DNA from: Eledone cirrhosa
Lineage: Eukaryota
Assembly (NCBI GenBank): GCA_964016885.1
Contig: OZ024750.1
Location: forward strand, 19,778,001 to 19,842,000
Length of the DNA: 64,000 nt
Direction: 5' to 3'
Shown here: in pieces, positions 41,289 to 58,144 of the stretch
Layout of the letters: the number at the start of each line of letters is the position of its first letter
How positions within the stretch are numbered: the first letter of the stretch is position 1
Position numbers and translations under genes: made by a program
The notes under the pieces: model-generated
Seen by the model: only the letters and a program-made list of their open reading frames with translations
Databases searched by the model: none
What the model was told of the DNA's origin: nothing

Positions 41289-41584
41289 AGAATGTTAAAT
41301 TAGAAAGATTGAAAGGAGGAGTGGGGTGTAATTTGAAAACATGTTATATGCCTGTATGTGTTTGCCTGTATCTATTTGTATGTATAAGCATATCATTAAA
41401 TATTCCTTCACTATATTTTTATTTGTATTTTATTCTAAACCTTTATAAACCTTAATAACATGAACATTTTAATTTCCCTTACACCCAATAGTTAAAAGTT
41501 AATACTATCGCAATTATCTCGCTGTGACATTAAAGTACATCATCTAGATGAATCATTATTTACACACACAGAAACACACACACT

Positions 41585-41630
<46 letters not shown>

Positions 41631-44600
41631 TAATATTTATGAGTAATTATTTATTTTTTGTATTACGTTGTTATCTGTTAATGACACTTAACTATCTAAC
41701 GCGACACATGTTTCATTATCTGTTGTATACATTATCTATAATGTACTTTTGTAATCTTAACTTGGCATTTCCTATTCAGCCTTCAAATAACTATTGTTTA
41801 TTCAGTGATGAGTTTCAGTCAAAATAATAATAAAAATCTTGATGCAATGATATCAGGGATTCTAGTGATCGTACAGATGGGAAATATAAGATAAAATTGT
41901 TTAACTATAAATAGGATTGCATGGCCTTTTGCCCAGATTATTTTCAGGTGCCGGCAGCTTGTAAAGATAGTGACTACAGAGAAGGCTGCAATTCACCCAC
42001 ATAATTTATTAGCAGACTGTTTGAATATCTAATCTCAGGCACATTTAGTGTATATACTTGCTGCTCTTTTACCTGATTAGTAAATGGCCATTTATTCTAG
42101 TTTTATAGATTCGTGAAATGTTGATGCAGTACAAACAAAGATGATGTTCTCCAGAAAAATAAACGTAGCGATGACAATTATATTCACAGCGGCACTATAC
42201 CGTCATGCCGCCAATTCTCTTCCTCACCCAAATCTTTAATTTTATTTGAATATGTCAATGTTCGTTTAACAAAATATAATCTAAAGAAAATACAAGCAAA
42301 CTGACTAAAATCGCCCATGCTATATGCATAAGATACTGGATTAATACAGTTCAATGAGCCGAACAGTTATGGTAATATATTGTGTATCAGAGTATGTGTA
42401 ATCGTCTTAAGATTTCATATTCTTTATATCATGCAGAATATTTATCTACTTAAACGAATTATTTTAATTGAAAACCTATCAGAGCAGACAGAAATGTATT
42501 AGAAGTTTCAAAACAAATCGAAAAGCAATTATTTACTTGAAGACAAATGTTTTATGGATTAGAGAAAGCAAAGAAAAAGATGAATGCGAGAAAAAACAAA
42601 ATAAAACGATACGCTACAATGTCAGATAATACACGAACTTCCATTAGATTCTTGAAATGTTTTTTCGTTTTCGAAATTAGTAGATGGTACTATAGAATTT
42701 ACTATGTTTTGGTTTGAGGTTATTTCAAGAGAAGGTGTTTAATTTACATTTATACGTGAATTAAAGATCAATAACATTAGACTCAATTGGTTTATTAACT
42801 TGAAATAATTACTTACATTCTCATTTATTTAATTGTTTTTTTACTAAATAGTTTTCCAATGAACTTAGTGCGCGTTTACAAATAAATCAAACAAAAGATT
42901 TCAATTGAGTTTCAAAGTCGACAAAAAGTGGAAATAAATATATAAACAATAAATAAAAGACAAAATGTTGTAATATAAAACTTGTATTCACATGAAATTA
43001 ATTGAATTCAAGACTGGTTTAGTAAATTTAATGTTAACCTGTCTAATTGCATCAGATTTTAAACGGAAGGAAAATATTAAAATAAAAGCAAGCTTCTTGG
43101 GAAAGTGAAACTCCGAGAAGACAACACAACGTATATTATGTCACTAAACATATTTTGCACTATTTTATTACTTCCTACATTATCCTGTGATATTTAAAAT
43201 GTAAAAAAATTCAAATCGATGACATAAAATATACGAACATATACACCATTACATTGGTTTGTTAGATTGCATGTTAGTGTCGTTAAATCGTCTGATATTT
43301 TTTCGTTCTCTCTGATCTGATTTGAAAGCTCATCTTATCAATCTTTCGGCGTCTATAATATCATACCACCCTAGTGCTGGTGCCTCCTTCTCTCATATCA
43401 TTTCACATAACTTAGATCTTCAGGTGGATCAAATGCGGTAGGACTGAGAGAGTGTCAATATGTGATTGCGACTGCATAGACACCTTGCTTCTACAAGTTA
43501 CGAATGTAGAACTATATACGTATGCAATACAAAATGCGATGTCATTCTACAGGCAGCTTAATACGACCATTTACATGACTTCTAATAGAAAATGTCGCAT
43601 TTGAAACTACATTCCATGCACAAAATGACCTATAGAAAATAGGTATGAATATTTTGATAACCATTGTATTTCTTTGTACAGATTATCTGCAAAAGGCGGC
43701 AAAATGGCAGTGTACTTAGAACTTCAGCCTGAAATCACTGTATTCGTTCCTGTGAATATGAAACTTTCGTATGATTTTCCAATATGTTAAATCTCTTTAA
43801 CACTTTTTAGTCAATACTTATATTATTCAATGACAGACTGAAGTCCACTTAGAGACATTTCAAGTTACATAATTATAGTACTTAGTCAAAGTTTCATTTT
43901 CACATTTCTCTTATGTATGATTAGCTTTCTAGATGAAATAAAATTATCGATTATAGCAGATATAATATTACCAATTCAGAATAATTGATTGATTATAGCT
44001 GGTATTATAGTAATTAAGGCCCTTCGATACATATGAAATCATTCTATATCAATAAAATGATTATAAATTATCATGAAAGCTTCTTTTACAATCTTGAATA
44101 TAGCAGTTGTAGGCTACGGAATCAAGAGTGGTTTTGCATACCCGTTGAAAGCTCATTCAATAAAATTTAACTGGCATTTTGTTAATTTGTTGAAAATGGA
44201 TGTTTACCATGTATCCATATATGTTGCATGATAAACAACTAGTAACAAAAACCGAAACGCATAATCTATGTGTATTACAGTTTATGCAATATCAAAATAA
44301 TACATCCAAAATAGATGCTATGCATGTGGCATTTACAATAAATTTATGAATATGGAGCTGAGTGTAAGAATAGATGTTTCAGTTGAGAAAGCGATGGATT
44401 AAATACATTGGTGGATATTCCTGCTTACAACGATTTTAGTTCAAATGCCGCCGTTTTCACATCGATAAAAAAGCACCAGTCCACAGTCTGTGATTTCATT
44501 GGAGTATTAATCATCGGGCGGGATACTTTCCGGGATTTCTTTTACATCCCGTTCCATGGAAATCGCTGACGGATCTGTCAAATGTTTCTACCAGAAATTG

Positions 44601-45538
44601 GTGTCGGGAATGGAATAAGTAAAGGATGTCTAGTTTCAATTGATTGGCATAAAGGTCACTTTCCTTTTTTTAATGTAAACATGAGTGCTACGTTGACATT
44701 TAAGATGTTGCATATCGAGGCCTAATTAATCTCAAACTACATATTGTCTTCTAAACATTAAGCACACATAGATAATTCAAGCCTTGCGTCTACGTGTCTC
44801 AAGAAAATATGTTATTATCATAAGTGGAATATCTTGGAACAAATATCTGCCCGACACGTGACTAACATATATATAATAGATTTCATCGATTAACATAAAT
44901 TTTATATTTTTTTAAATATTTGCTGTATTGCAAGTTTGTGTTTTTCTAGCGTTTGTTTAAAAAATAACTGACTACAAGTTAAATATAACATAATTTAAAG
45001 GTGATGCACACTAGTTTGCCTTCTGGAAATTTGCCCAAATTTGAAACAAAATTTAATCAAAATTCTTATATATGATATGATATTTCATGTGAACATGGGA
45101 GTGCATGTTTGTGTTGTGTATGTATATTTATGCTTGTCTATGTATGTGAATGTACAGTTATGATCTATTAGACTTACAGATTCATCTATGGCTTCAGCAG
45201 AGTATTATCGTATTTCACCTATCTAATAGTTTCAAGCAACATCATATCTATTCCTGTATCTATTCCTGTATCTATCTTTCTGTGTTGTAAATTATCAATC
45301 ACGCTTGGAATGGATATAGTAAGAGGGTGTGTGAATTAAACAGGGACAGTGTTGGTGGTTATCATAAAGAAAGCAGTAGCAGATACCAATATTTTTCATT
45401 TTTCAAAATTTCACTTTCATGGGAAATATGGTGTGAGTATGCATGTGCGTTATCTTATATATATATATATATATGTTTGTACAAACTGGTGTGACTTAAT
45501 GTTTTTATTATCTGGCAAGTCTTCCTACCATATATACA

Positions 45539-45612
<74 letters not shown>

Positions 45613-47009
45613 CCTCTCTCTCTCTCACTCTCTATCTCTCTCTCTCTCTAAACACAATTTCACCTTTTTGTCGTGGATTTTCAAACAGCTGCATAGGTTC
45701 CTTGTAGATTATTTACTTACATGTATCTTATCACCAGTTAACAATTTCTTTCTTAGGAAGGTAGTAACACGCTGGATTGGCAGAATTCTTTGAGTATCGG
45801 ATGAAATGCTTTGGCTTCTTTGAATTCTGAATTCAAAGTCTCCCAGGATCAAAATTGGCTTCCATCATACAAGATGTTGATAAAATATTGTACAAGTAAA
45901 CTACTGTCAGATTTAATTGATATTCTCTTCTATGAAATTGTTGAATTTGTGTAGTAATTAGAAATTATCTTGCATACTTCTTATTACTTAATGTTGAGAT
46001 GATATATATTAGAATTAATATTAGAATATATGGTATATTTGTCAGGGTATTATAATAATGTATTTTTGAATCTCCATCATTTCCAATTAAGAATGTAGCA
46101 CCTTTTCAATCAAGAAGAGCCTTCTCGTGAAATTATTGAGTAGCATAATGCCCATGGAAGTTCAGTGTGACGCAGTGCACAGTACAGCTTATCCGTACAG
46201 GTACGACATATATCTTTGTAGTTGGTGTTAAGGGGGGGGGGGGGCATGAAATATAATGTCTCGGTGAGCACCGGACTCGCACACTAAGATTGTGAACCAA
46301 AAGACCTACATAGCTAAGCCACACACCTTCGTATGTTAACTATATTCTGTAGTAAAAGATGAACTAAACAGTGTAAAATCTACAAACGAATCCAAGCTAT
46401 ATTTAAGCATAATCAATGATAATATGGTAACATTAAACACCGAAAAGGGAAAAGCAAAGGATACGTAACCCGTTCTTACAAATGATGCATTTCAGGCACT
46501 ACACGCCTGTTGGATACCATCTCGCTCTCCGTGTGAAATAGACTGACAGCCTCCAGAGAAGGCAAGAGAGCGACAGAATTTGAGAACGAGATAGAAAGGA
46601 AGAATGGAACTGTAGTATTGTACTGGTGATTTATATATCGACCTCGAAAAATGGAAAGTGAAGTTAACATTGGTACGATTTAAAATCAGAGTGCAGTGTG
46701 CCAAAGCAAATAACAAGTCGATTAACTCGACACTCTAAATATACTGCTAATTCACATTATTTAATACAAAAGACTTCATATGAAATCTCTATTGTTCACC
46801 AATGAAATTTAGTAACAGAAATTGCAATGTTGGAAAGCTGATGGTGGTGTTATGTCTTCTGACAGAGAGGTTGAAATGTACACAGTAGGGTTTTAATATA
46901 ATTGTTTAAATAATTCTTACATATCATTTAATTACGAAAGATTCGAAGTTTTGGCTGCACACTGGTAATATTATTTAATGCATTCAAACGAAATATACTG
47001 GAGAGGGTA

Positions 47010-47189
47010 ATAATTGTTTCTACGTTAGGCACAAGGCCAGCAATTACCCAGTGAATTACTGGTACTTTATTGTATCGACCCCGTAAGGATGAAAGGCAAA
47101 GTCAACCTCGGCGGGATTTGAACTCAGATCGTAAAGGGACGTAACTATGCTGGAAAGCATGGCGTCCGACCCTCTACCGATACTGCCAA
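47010..47189 (-). mobile_element. Young SINE family A with a ~20-bp TSD
   Basis: ATACTGGAGAGGGTAATAAT at 46995-47014 and ATACTGGAGTGGGTAATAAT at 47190-47209. Confidence 0.9.
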
Positions 47190-50100
47190 ATACTGGAGTG
47201 GGTAATAATGCTGTAATATTTTCGCAGTTGTTTATGTGTTAAGTACTTACATAAAGGAGAACTATCTTAGAATGTCTTGGATGCTTTTCAAATAATACGT
47301 GGATGAAGAAGAATGTGCCAATGTACATCAACAATTCAATGCCTTTATTTGATAGTGTTTCAAAATGCGAACCTCGTTGCTCCAGGTCGTAACTGAAACA
47401 ATGATCTCCGCATGAAATCTAACAAATATATATTCTATACTTCTACTGTAAACAAATTGGTGGTGTCATCCCGGACAAGTTTATTGTTCATAGCGAGTGA
47501 AATTGCATGGTTTTCATATAAACTGTTTCTCAAATAAAAACCAGCGTATTTTATATATCGAGCACAACGTAAATATGGCAGAAACAAATACTATGCCAGC
47601 TATGATATATGTATTACTTTAACATACAATGGTTTAATAGCACCAGCGTTGATGTAAATGAGTTTTTTCTTTTGTAGTTATTTTCATATCTGCTTCAATA
47701 ATATTATGAAAACAATTTCAGTATATGTAGTTAATAGACCTGTAGTAAATATATATATTAACCCAGCAAATGTTTGTAGTGCGGGAAATAACGTTTGTTA
47801 TCCTGTCGTTCATTATTTACAAAAGTTCGTTCTTATACTGAATGTAACATTTGCTTTTTTTGACCACCTGGTACTTCTCTTGACAGAATATTTTCAAATA
47901 TCGCTTATTCAGCCTCGTTTTACTTATTCTCCATATTTCTGGCTAGTGTTATTCTTATATCTTATGTATTTGACCTTCTTTCGTCTAAAACCTTCGATTA
48001 ATACTAGAATTAGAATATTACCATGCTCTAATATAATAAATTCCCACTTCCGCATATACATACATGATATTTGCGGATGTAAAGAATCATTAATATAAAA
48101 AGAACTATTAGGACGTGTAACGTCTGAAAATACTACAATCTATCTCTATTTAAATTACCTTTCTTTTAATTCGCCTTTCATTTAATTTTGTTAATGTATT
48201 TCTATTTAATGTATTTCTATCTAATCAAATCTCACTGTGTCTATTCGATTTATTTCAAAGGTTTTTCCCCATGTAATTCGACTTGAAATAATTTGTCATG
48301 AAATAATTCGTACTCCATATATCTGATTTTGGCTTTTGCCAGTAATATAAAATACCAATATGTTAGTAGTTACCAGTATTTTAAAATACTAATGTTATAA
48401 TGTATACTAGAATTATGGGATATTTAACAGTATTATCAATGAGGATAGAGTAGATAAAAATAGCACAAACTGCAACGTAGTGGGATTGAACACAAAGTCA
48501 AAGATTTGTGAAGTTCATGCCTTGCACACATAGTCATGCATGCATCATGTAAGTTGAGAAACTACCACTTTCGTGTATAAACTGCCGTACATTTGTTAGT
48601 ATTAAGGGTCATTTTATAGACGCTAATATATATAATTAAACCCCCATATAACCTTTATTAATGTTTCGGAGTCATTCTCTTGATTTTTGCATTATGTGTG
48701 CTAATTCAACTGCTGGGAAAAATTAATGCAGTTTAAAATTGTAGCAGAATGGGTTGTTTATTTTAAATGCAAATCGTCTCCTAATTGCGCAGTACAACGA
48801 TGGGATTTATTTACAGAATGGGTGCAGCCTCATTTAATAAGTCGTTCCTCAACTGGTGGAGGGGGAGTTCTAGAAATAGGGATCTAAATGTTTCAGTAAT
48901 ATAACAATGTAGTCTAGAAATATGCGAACACTCTTTTTGAAATGGGATTGCTATGGTTCTTTAGTCACAGTCTCGGATATATTCTCAGTAGATTTATATT
49001 GAAAGACAAACATGCAGCTACCATTACTTCGTTGTTTTAACAATAGTGTAACCTGTAATATATTATACACCGTGTCATTTATTTGAGATTGTAAAGTTTG
49101 ATGTCAGTGATATTTGGCTGTAATTTCTAGTAAATCAAGTACAATTGTTTTACCCTCTTTACGTTGGAATGTACATTTTACAATGAGCTGTGGGTGAAGT
49201 AATCGATCTCAACTGCGATCAAAGACATTAAAACTCTAACTTCTCTTGAATCATAGCGTAACCTTAACAACATTATCAAATAATTCATTTTTTAAGACCT
49301 GACGGTGTGTTATGGAAATGATTTGGCTGCTACGTCTAACAGGACGCGTGGCCAATATTCACTCATTTGGCACATACTATGATCCAGTGATGATGTTCAG
49401 CTTAACTGGTTTAATCTTTGCATTTGAAAAAAAAATGCAAGTTGCGAAGTGAAACTCATTGAACTGGAATTAAAATCTCAGCGAAAACAACAATTCAACA
49501 TGCAATTTTCCTTGTAGTCACTTTGTAAATTTCAGGACCATTACTGTTGAAATGTAATAGCATCAAAGGATAGAAAAACCCAAATGAGGGATATGGAATA
49601 CAAATTATTTCCCACTACACTGATATGACAAATGAAATAAGTTGAATTACCCAGGGAAAAGCTTTGAAATAAAATAAAAATGATAGTCCCTGTGAGATTT
49701 ACTGGTTTATATTTTGTATGCTGCTATGCTTTGATTAAATAGAGATTGTTTAAAGGTATTCCAGATCGGACCATCTCAACGGATGAGTGTCCAGTACTAT
49801 GCTATCTAATGTGTAATTTCTAAGAAAGTAAGATGCGATTAAAAAACCGATCTCTCAAATATGGTTACGAAAACTGCAAGGGTATACCTTACATTTGGGG
49901 GAGGGGGGAAGAATTGAACTTCGGACCCCAAAGGTAAAGCGGAAGCTTGTATTAGATAGGCTACGCTAAACGTAGGCAAAACTATTATGCTAAATCAGGT
50001 GACGCCTTGATTCTACTATAGAAATATTGAAACGGTCCCATTGACAGATTTTCGTACAGATTCACTCAAACAATCATTCCAAAAGTTTAAGTTGAGATGC

Positions 50101-51906
50101 AAATATAATAAATTTAAATTTCTAAGTGCCGCATAAATGAAACATTATACCTCGCAGGAAGGAAAGTCACATTTACAAATAATATATTCTGTCCGCTGGG
50201 GCTGTGGGGAGGCCACCAATATGATTGACTGACTTGTCATTTTATCAGTCAACCTGTATAATGTGTTCAGGGAAAAACCAGGGTTGAGGTATATATTCGC
50301 CCATGATCAACTATAAATATTAGGAATCAAGGTTTGTGGGAATGCGAATAAAAGGAAATCGCTGATTTGGAATGTACAGACACGTTAAGGAAAAGTGAGA
50401 AGATCATTCGACATGTTTCAGTGGACGTCAAGTCGGTTATTTAGGAGACAAACAAAAAAATAAAAGCGAATGATGTTAGTAAGTAATATTAGAACCTATA
50501 CTAAGAGAAATATTCTGACATTTATGGGAGATCGTATACATCGGATATTGCCACGGACAATTGAAGTGGTAGAAAAAATTGTTTCAATAAGATAAGAGTT
50601 CAAATCAAGAGGGGTAAGTTGAGAATTCATACAAAGATGACACAATATTCATGTAAACAAAATGAAATATCAATGCAAGAATATAGATGTGGGTGCAAAC
50701 ATAATAAAGGAGTCGCATTTAGTGAAGGGGAACAATATAGAGAGGAAAATATATATTGATCAAAGACGAAAATGCATATAATGGGTGTAAATATTTTAGG
50801 AGAGGGAGCTTCCAAATATATTTATTAGGAGAATTAGAAAGTTGATATGGCAGATAGCTAAAAATGTAAAGGTCTGACAGAGAGCAGAAGGGAAGTTATG
50901 ATCTTTTAACGCAATCCGATTCTTAGTACAAGAGCCGAGGATTGTCTGAGAGAGAAAAGAAGATATTTTTTTGAAAACATATTAATAGGTCCCTATGAGG
51001 AATCATATAAAGAATCGTGTTCAAATATTCAGTCTCACATAGTTTTTTCGGCATTAGTGTAGTTTGGCGTACAATACATAGCGTGTCATGGATTTGTGTT
51101 ACTACGGAGGTGACATTGTGGTGCGGGATATAAGTGATGCTTTGAGGATATTTGCTCTAAATCTAATGCCCGGGTAAAATCAATTTCGTTTTCTCTTAAA
51201 TGCCCCTCATTATATCTATACATGCCTCCTACCTTCTCTTTTAATTCTTTCCCATGAAACACGTAATTAACATGTCATACAAAATGCAGAATTATGTGCT
51301 CAAGGATATAAGATGGTGGCTGTAATAACAGCGGAGGTTAAACAGATTGCCATTGTACAATATTAAAAACATTATCAAATCCATAATTCCAAATATTTCC
51401 TAAGACATATAATTTAACATTTTAAGTTATTAAAACTGCCATTCCATTAGAGTAAAACATGTATTCTATTGCAGTTTTGCAATCACCATTGTTTTATTCA
51501 TTTTGCAATTGATGTTTTCAGAAAGAAAATGATGTTTTCTCTCAATATTTGATATTTTCTATAAATGACAACTCCTTAATTATTGCATTGAATATTAATA
51601 TATCAGTCATTTTCTGATACTTCAAGAATATATTTAATGAAATTACATAGCTAAATTTTATTAATATGATCTTCTGATCAATGGAATTGTGGAAGTGTAT
51701 TTATTTTTAATTTTAACTATTTTACTTTACAGTGTAAAGTAATTCTGACAAGGAGACTTTGATATTCGAAAGATTAGTGAAGAATTTTCGCTGATATAAC
51801 AAATATAATAATTTGTGCACATGTGTCTATTTACACACACACACAACTACACACATTTACACATACACATACACACACACACACACATACACCACACATA
51901 CACAGG

Positions 51907-51968
<62 letters not shown>

Positions 51969-52173
51969 AAGGCATGTCTAAGGCCTTGCACAACCAGAGA
52001 TGAGCATCATTCAATCCTTATCTCCCCCATTTCATCTGCTGGGCAACTTTATTCTAGATTCGAGCCGATTATATACGATTATATCTCCGAAGTGCTTAGT
52101 TGTGATTATGGAAAAAATATGTTGAAATGAAATTTAGATTTTCTTATTTTTTTATTTACACACGGACACGCAC

Positions 52174-52278
<105 letters not shown>

Positions 52279-52279
52279 A

Positions 52280-52448
52280 TACGAGGGTTCTAATATTAAT
52301 AATAATATTCGATTCGTTTGTAATTATGCAGACAGACTTTTTCATAAGCCATGTCAGTAAGATAAGCTTCTCATTCTTGCTCTTCTGTTGGCATGCAAAC
52401 AAAACTGGAGACACTAATGTTTCTGGGTGATTACCCTTCATTAGTGCA
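52280..52448 (+). mobile_element. Mariner-like terminal fragment
   Basis: Starts TACGAGGG after a TA tract; paralogous to 23585-23762. Confidence 0.55.
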
Positions 52449-52460
52449 TATATATATATT

Positions 52461-52552
<92 letters not shown>

Positions 52553-54400
52553 CGTGTGCGTGCGCGTGTGTTTGTGCGTGATTGTGTGAATGTGGATCTG
52601 TGTGGGTATGTATCTCTGGGTTGGAATAATAAATTCATTACAGATTAGGTACAGTTTCGAAATGCATGTATTATATTTATAAAACCAGTGCTATACATGA
52701 GAAAATAATGGAATTTCATGTAATATCTTCAAAGCAAGGAAGACAATTGGAAATCATTATCTAATAGAAGCTTTGATATTTAATATGAGTTTCTTTTCTA
52801 TTGAAATCCATTAGTTTTGAACTAAATGAATGATATGCATCTTCTCGTAGGGATAAAACTCACATCTAATACAAAACATTACATATATCTGTGTGTTTGG
52901 CATGGTCTTGTGTAGAGCAGATAGCTATGTTTCTAACAGATTACACTATAACAGAGAAAATGTGTGTCATTGTTTCGTCAGTAAATTATAATTTTGTATT
53001 ACATGAATAATGAAAGCATACATACAAATCCACATACCAACACAACAAACCACTCACATATAGTGAGATGTACATGTATGCCGGTTAACCTGATATCCTT
53101 CCTTCTCAACCAAACGAATTATGTGCATTGGTAACAAAACACACTTAGGAATAGCATTCTTTATTCAAATATATTTATCTTGCTGATGTTAATGCTATCT
53201 TAAATTATGTTGACTTACATTTTAATTCATATTGTGATATTTGTTTAGTTAGCATATATAGACTCAGCGCTATCGTATTAATTTCAACTTTACACACATC
53301 ATTTCCTTTAAATTAAATCCTTTTATTCTGTAATATAAGTTAGGATTTTACTTTGGTTTGTCTATTTTTGTACCGCATGAATGAATCCCTAAGGGTAGTC
53401 TTGTTTCATGGGTATTATGATAGTTCACCTCAGCTGTCGCTGGTATTCACTTAAGCTGAGAGAGCAATTTGAAAGGCTTTATTAAAGAGCATAAAGTATT
53501 ATGCTCTCTGGCAATGGAAATCCGGTTACTCCGATGTTGAAACTGCCCTTCTAAGCATTAAGAGGCGCACGTTCACAGGTCTTATATGAAGGTCATACAG
53601 TGAGCATATATCCTATGTGCACAAGCTAAATTATTTATTTTTCAAATAGAGGAGAATCCAATTTACATCGTATAGGTTTCTGAAACAGGTTTATTGATTC
53701 CACTAAAAAAGCATTTTCTACGTATATCCTTTGTAAAATTCAAATAGAAATGCGATTAGAGAAACATACGATATACAATCTATTTGAAGTTGAATATTAA
53801 TTTTGATGAGTGAACAAAACTTTCTAGATTTTTCTTTGCAGCAATACTATCTGGTTTATGATGAAAATATGAATTGTTATAAGAGTGCAAACATTATTAT
53901 CGGTTAGGACTTCAATGTGCAATGCAGGCACTATGCTTTGCAAGGAGTATTATCGATTTCTTCAAAATATTAATATATATGTATATGCTTATTTTAATTT
54001 AAAAAAGAATTTTCAGCATTTATCAATAAAAATATCACACTGATTTTTTAAAAAAATGTACCAATAATATTTTCCTCACTCAGCATACCAAGCAGTGAAT
54101 TTGACTATAAATTACTATTTAGTTGAACATCCAGCAGAGTTTGAAAGTAAGATTGCGTGAATGAAATATGAACTATCAATCATTCAATTTATGTTAGCTT
54201 AGTATACTATTTTATTAATGTACCATATTATTAGCTAGTCTAAAGTAGGTGAGCGCAATTCGGATAATGTTTCGTATTATACTTTATAACACGAAAGCTT
54301 GTTTACTTTACTGGCAGAAATACCGTCTATGGGAGGTTTTCTGCGAATCAATGCATCCATATATACATGAATAAGGAAAGAAACTAAATGTTTCATATGT

Positions 54401-54528
<128 letters not shown>

Positions 54529-55256
54529 AAGATACGTTAATAATCAAAATAATTTCGAAAGACATGTAAGAGTGTTGTATCATTGTAAAACTGAAAGATG
54601 TCGAACTCAGTAACACAGTACTTAATTCATAAATGCAACACAAATTTAGATTTTCATAAGCGTAATCGATTCTGCCCTCTATACCACTGGTATAGATTCA
54701 TAACTATGTAAACCTATTATCATATGTAAACAAACCGCTCTATGCTAGTGTGTGAAAGAGTGTTTCTCTGGCGTTAAAGAACACACATCTTTTTCGACAT
54801 GTTCCGTAACAGTGCTAATGCAAGGTTTTCTCTCTCTCTAAATTCATATATATGTATATGTATTTTTTTTTTACTGATTGTATGGATATAAAATAACATT
54901 TGAGTACAACTAATGAAAAGACGAGCGACTGAAATTGATTTTCTCTTGACTTTAAATACAATTTGGAATCAACAATAAAGAATACAAAACAAAGAGTTTT
55001 GTCTAAAACAATAAATTTATGCCACTCGAATTGTATTATTGTAATTCTAATTTCGAAAACAAAAACGAAATATATAATAAATTATATGTGCCTAATCAAT
55101 ACCATAAGAAAAATAATTAATCAAAAATATAATGAAAATACAACGAAAGAATAAATATCGGATTTATTAATTATTACAAAAATAGTTGTTATTTCTTTAC
55201 TAAACATATATTTTGTTAATGTTATTTTTAGTTATCATTATTGTCATTATAATTAC

Positions 55257-55302
<46 letters not shown>

Positions 55303-56694
55303 GTTCTCATCATTTATTAATGTTTAAATAGTTTTATCTTTAATGCCAGGCTCTGCCATTTTTTGAATTTGTTTCAAATCTCTTCTTGGAATGAATGCTT
55401 GTTTTTAATATTTCAGATCAGGAGCAGTTTTATAGGAATATATTATTCTCAATTGGAAATATCAAAACCAAAACTTGGAATTTTATAGAACACTGGACAA
55501 TAAATGGAATACTTTATTATATTTCGTTTTGTTATCAAATGAAAATCAATATTAGTTATAAGTTCTCAAAAGAGATTTAAAATCAAAATATAAAATATAA
55601 AATGACAGCAAAGCTTCTAATAATTAAATAAATGTGAAATATAAAAATACAGCAAAGCGTCTAATATTAAAATAAATATATAATAGAAATGCAGCAGCCA
55701 AGCTCCTAATAATAAAAGATAAATCGAAATACAAAGATATAATACATTCTTAATTAGTCCTTATAACATTGCAACTAAAGCATCTATCATTGTTTTAAAT
55801 CTACTTTAATTGAATTATATTTTATAGTTTTATTCCCAATGTTCTGTTCATTTAATATATAATTATTTTAATAAAATGTTATACTGCTTAGATTTTTATA
55901 CTTTATATCCCGATTGTTAATGAAATAGATAATAGTGCATTATGTCAGGAAAATCTTCATATTTTAGTTGCTGTTTTATTTTCTTCTGAGTTATGTTGTA
56001 AATATTGTTGCTGTTGGTGATAAGGATGGCATTTCTAATCATAAATATAAAAATACTGAATTAAAATCGACATCATAATTACAATGTGAAAATATCATGA
56101 AATAGTCGAAATGAAAGTTACAAAAATGTTCTCTCCGTGTATGCAGCGTCAGTTACAATGTAAAGATATATTTCTAAAGATGTTGAATATATATAAAATG
56201 ACATGTATGACAGCTATTCCAACGGTTCTTAAACTTAAAGTCAAATCCACACCCAAGGCATCAATGAAGCAGTGTTCATTAAAATCAAACGATTTGAAAC
56301 ATAACATTCCCTTCCTATGACGGCATCCCATCTACTCATATGGCTAACACTCTACTCGTATTGATATTGATTTTTCCTATAATATTGACACTAGGTACAT
56401 AACTGGGACATTATATTATCAGCCACAGAAAGATGAAATGTAAATTTGACTAGATTTGAACACAGAGCCGGGACAAATAGCCCAAAACATTTTATCTATT
56501 GCTCTAATAATTCTGACAAATCCAGTAAATCCTCTTCGTTAAACCTGATACAAAAGCAAGTCTAAAACGGTACACTAATAGCCGTACATACCCCTTAGTG
56601 CACCTACTGAAATATGAAAGCGCAATTCAGCAAACAACTCAACAGCATGGTGGCGCATCTGGTGACAGTGGAACCTAATACGATACTGCTCGTA

Positions 56695-56842
56695 TAATAT
56701 TGCTTCTACATTCGACACAAGGTCAACAATTTGAAAGGAAGTGAAAAGTCGATTAAACTGAACCGGATGCGTTATTAATAGTTTATTTTGCCGACCCCGT
56801 AACGATGAAAATCAATGCTAGGCTTGACGGTATTTGAACCCT
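56695..56842 (-). mobile_element. Old SINE family A copy
   Basis: GACACAAGGTCAACAATTT...GCCGACCCCGTAACGATGAAA...GGTATTTGAAC. Confidence 0.65.
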
Positions 56843-58144
56843 AATAATTATAAGGCTGAGAAGCGCTTTTTGTTATTTAGTAAACGGAAAAGTAGCCATA
56901 CATTAAATTAATGTGAATGTTAAGAAATTTGGCTGAGTTTACAAATCGGGTATAAACAAAATGAAGTTATGTTAACATAGGGTATGATATGAAAATTAGG
57001 ATGTTTATACGATGAAGTATCATTTGTAGGTTTCTAGAAATAAGGACATTAGTATTATAGAGAAAGCACATGTTGAATGAAAGGTAGCATATGTGCTGGT
57101 TATATGAAGGGCTGAATCAGTTTCGGATAACCACATCATCTGAAGCAATCAAGCATACTTGGGAAGATCAATACCATATTCATCTACTTAATCTTCGTCC
57201 CTATTTTCACCAACCAGCTTGGAAAAGGCCTCGAAGATGCATTATACATTTTTAAGTACATGTTTAACTATTTACTTAGCTCTGTCATCCTATTTGCCTC
57301 TACATAAGCTTAAGCAATAAAGACTCAATCAAGTAGGAACCCTCTACGTCATGTTATACTATTTCTATATTATTATTAATCTACATCGTTATATTATGTT
57401 CAAACATTTCTGAATTATAACTGTAACCTCTCGATTCACATATTATAAACACATTTCTGAAGTTGCGAAAACGAAACTAAAATGTAAACATATTTGTTCA
57501 TATAAACTAATGCATTTCAAAAAAACAAAGATATGGAGACGGAAAGACTGCCAACGTGTAAATCTAGAGGAATAGATGCAACATAAAAGAAAATGATATC
57601 AAGGAGAAAACAATTAAAATGTTAATAGCCCCAAAAGTAGCGAATGCAAAGAAGTGGAAAATCTAGAAATTACTATGTGAGATATCTCTGGAGGGTGAAC
57701 ATCTAAGATCAAGATATAATGTACTTTAAGAAAGTATCTAACGATTTCCTGAATGTGTCGCTTACTAGTACGAAGAGTTGACATATTTAACCAATGAAAT
57801 AAGACATTAACACATCTGATTGAATACATAGCAAGTATTCCATTATCTGTATATCTCTAATGTTAAACATACAGTCACATATTCTGACTCACTAGTGTAT
57901 ACAAATATATAACAAAGATTCAAAGGCGAGAATTGATATCATCAGAAAGTATAATTATTTGTTTGATACAGAGGATCGCATCCCAAACAGCAGTGTTTCC
58001 TGAAAGGGGAAAGTGTGATATTAGAAGTGATGCCGTATACTATGATATATATTAACACCTCCAATCATGGGGTGTGGGTGGGGGTGGGGGGGGGGGGGGT
58101 TGGGGGGGGCAGGATCTTTCACCTTAGAAAATAGATGTGAGGCG

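Noticed and set aside
41940-42004. TTTTCAG/GTGCCGGCAGCTTGT... possible terminal exon
   Set aside because: Too short, with no supporting homology.
50270-50560. Possible very old RTE fragment (MYRHV resembling WYGHV)
   Set aside because: Too degraded to support.
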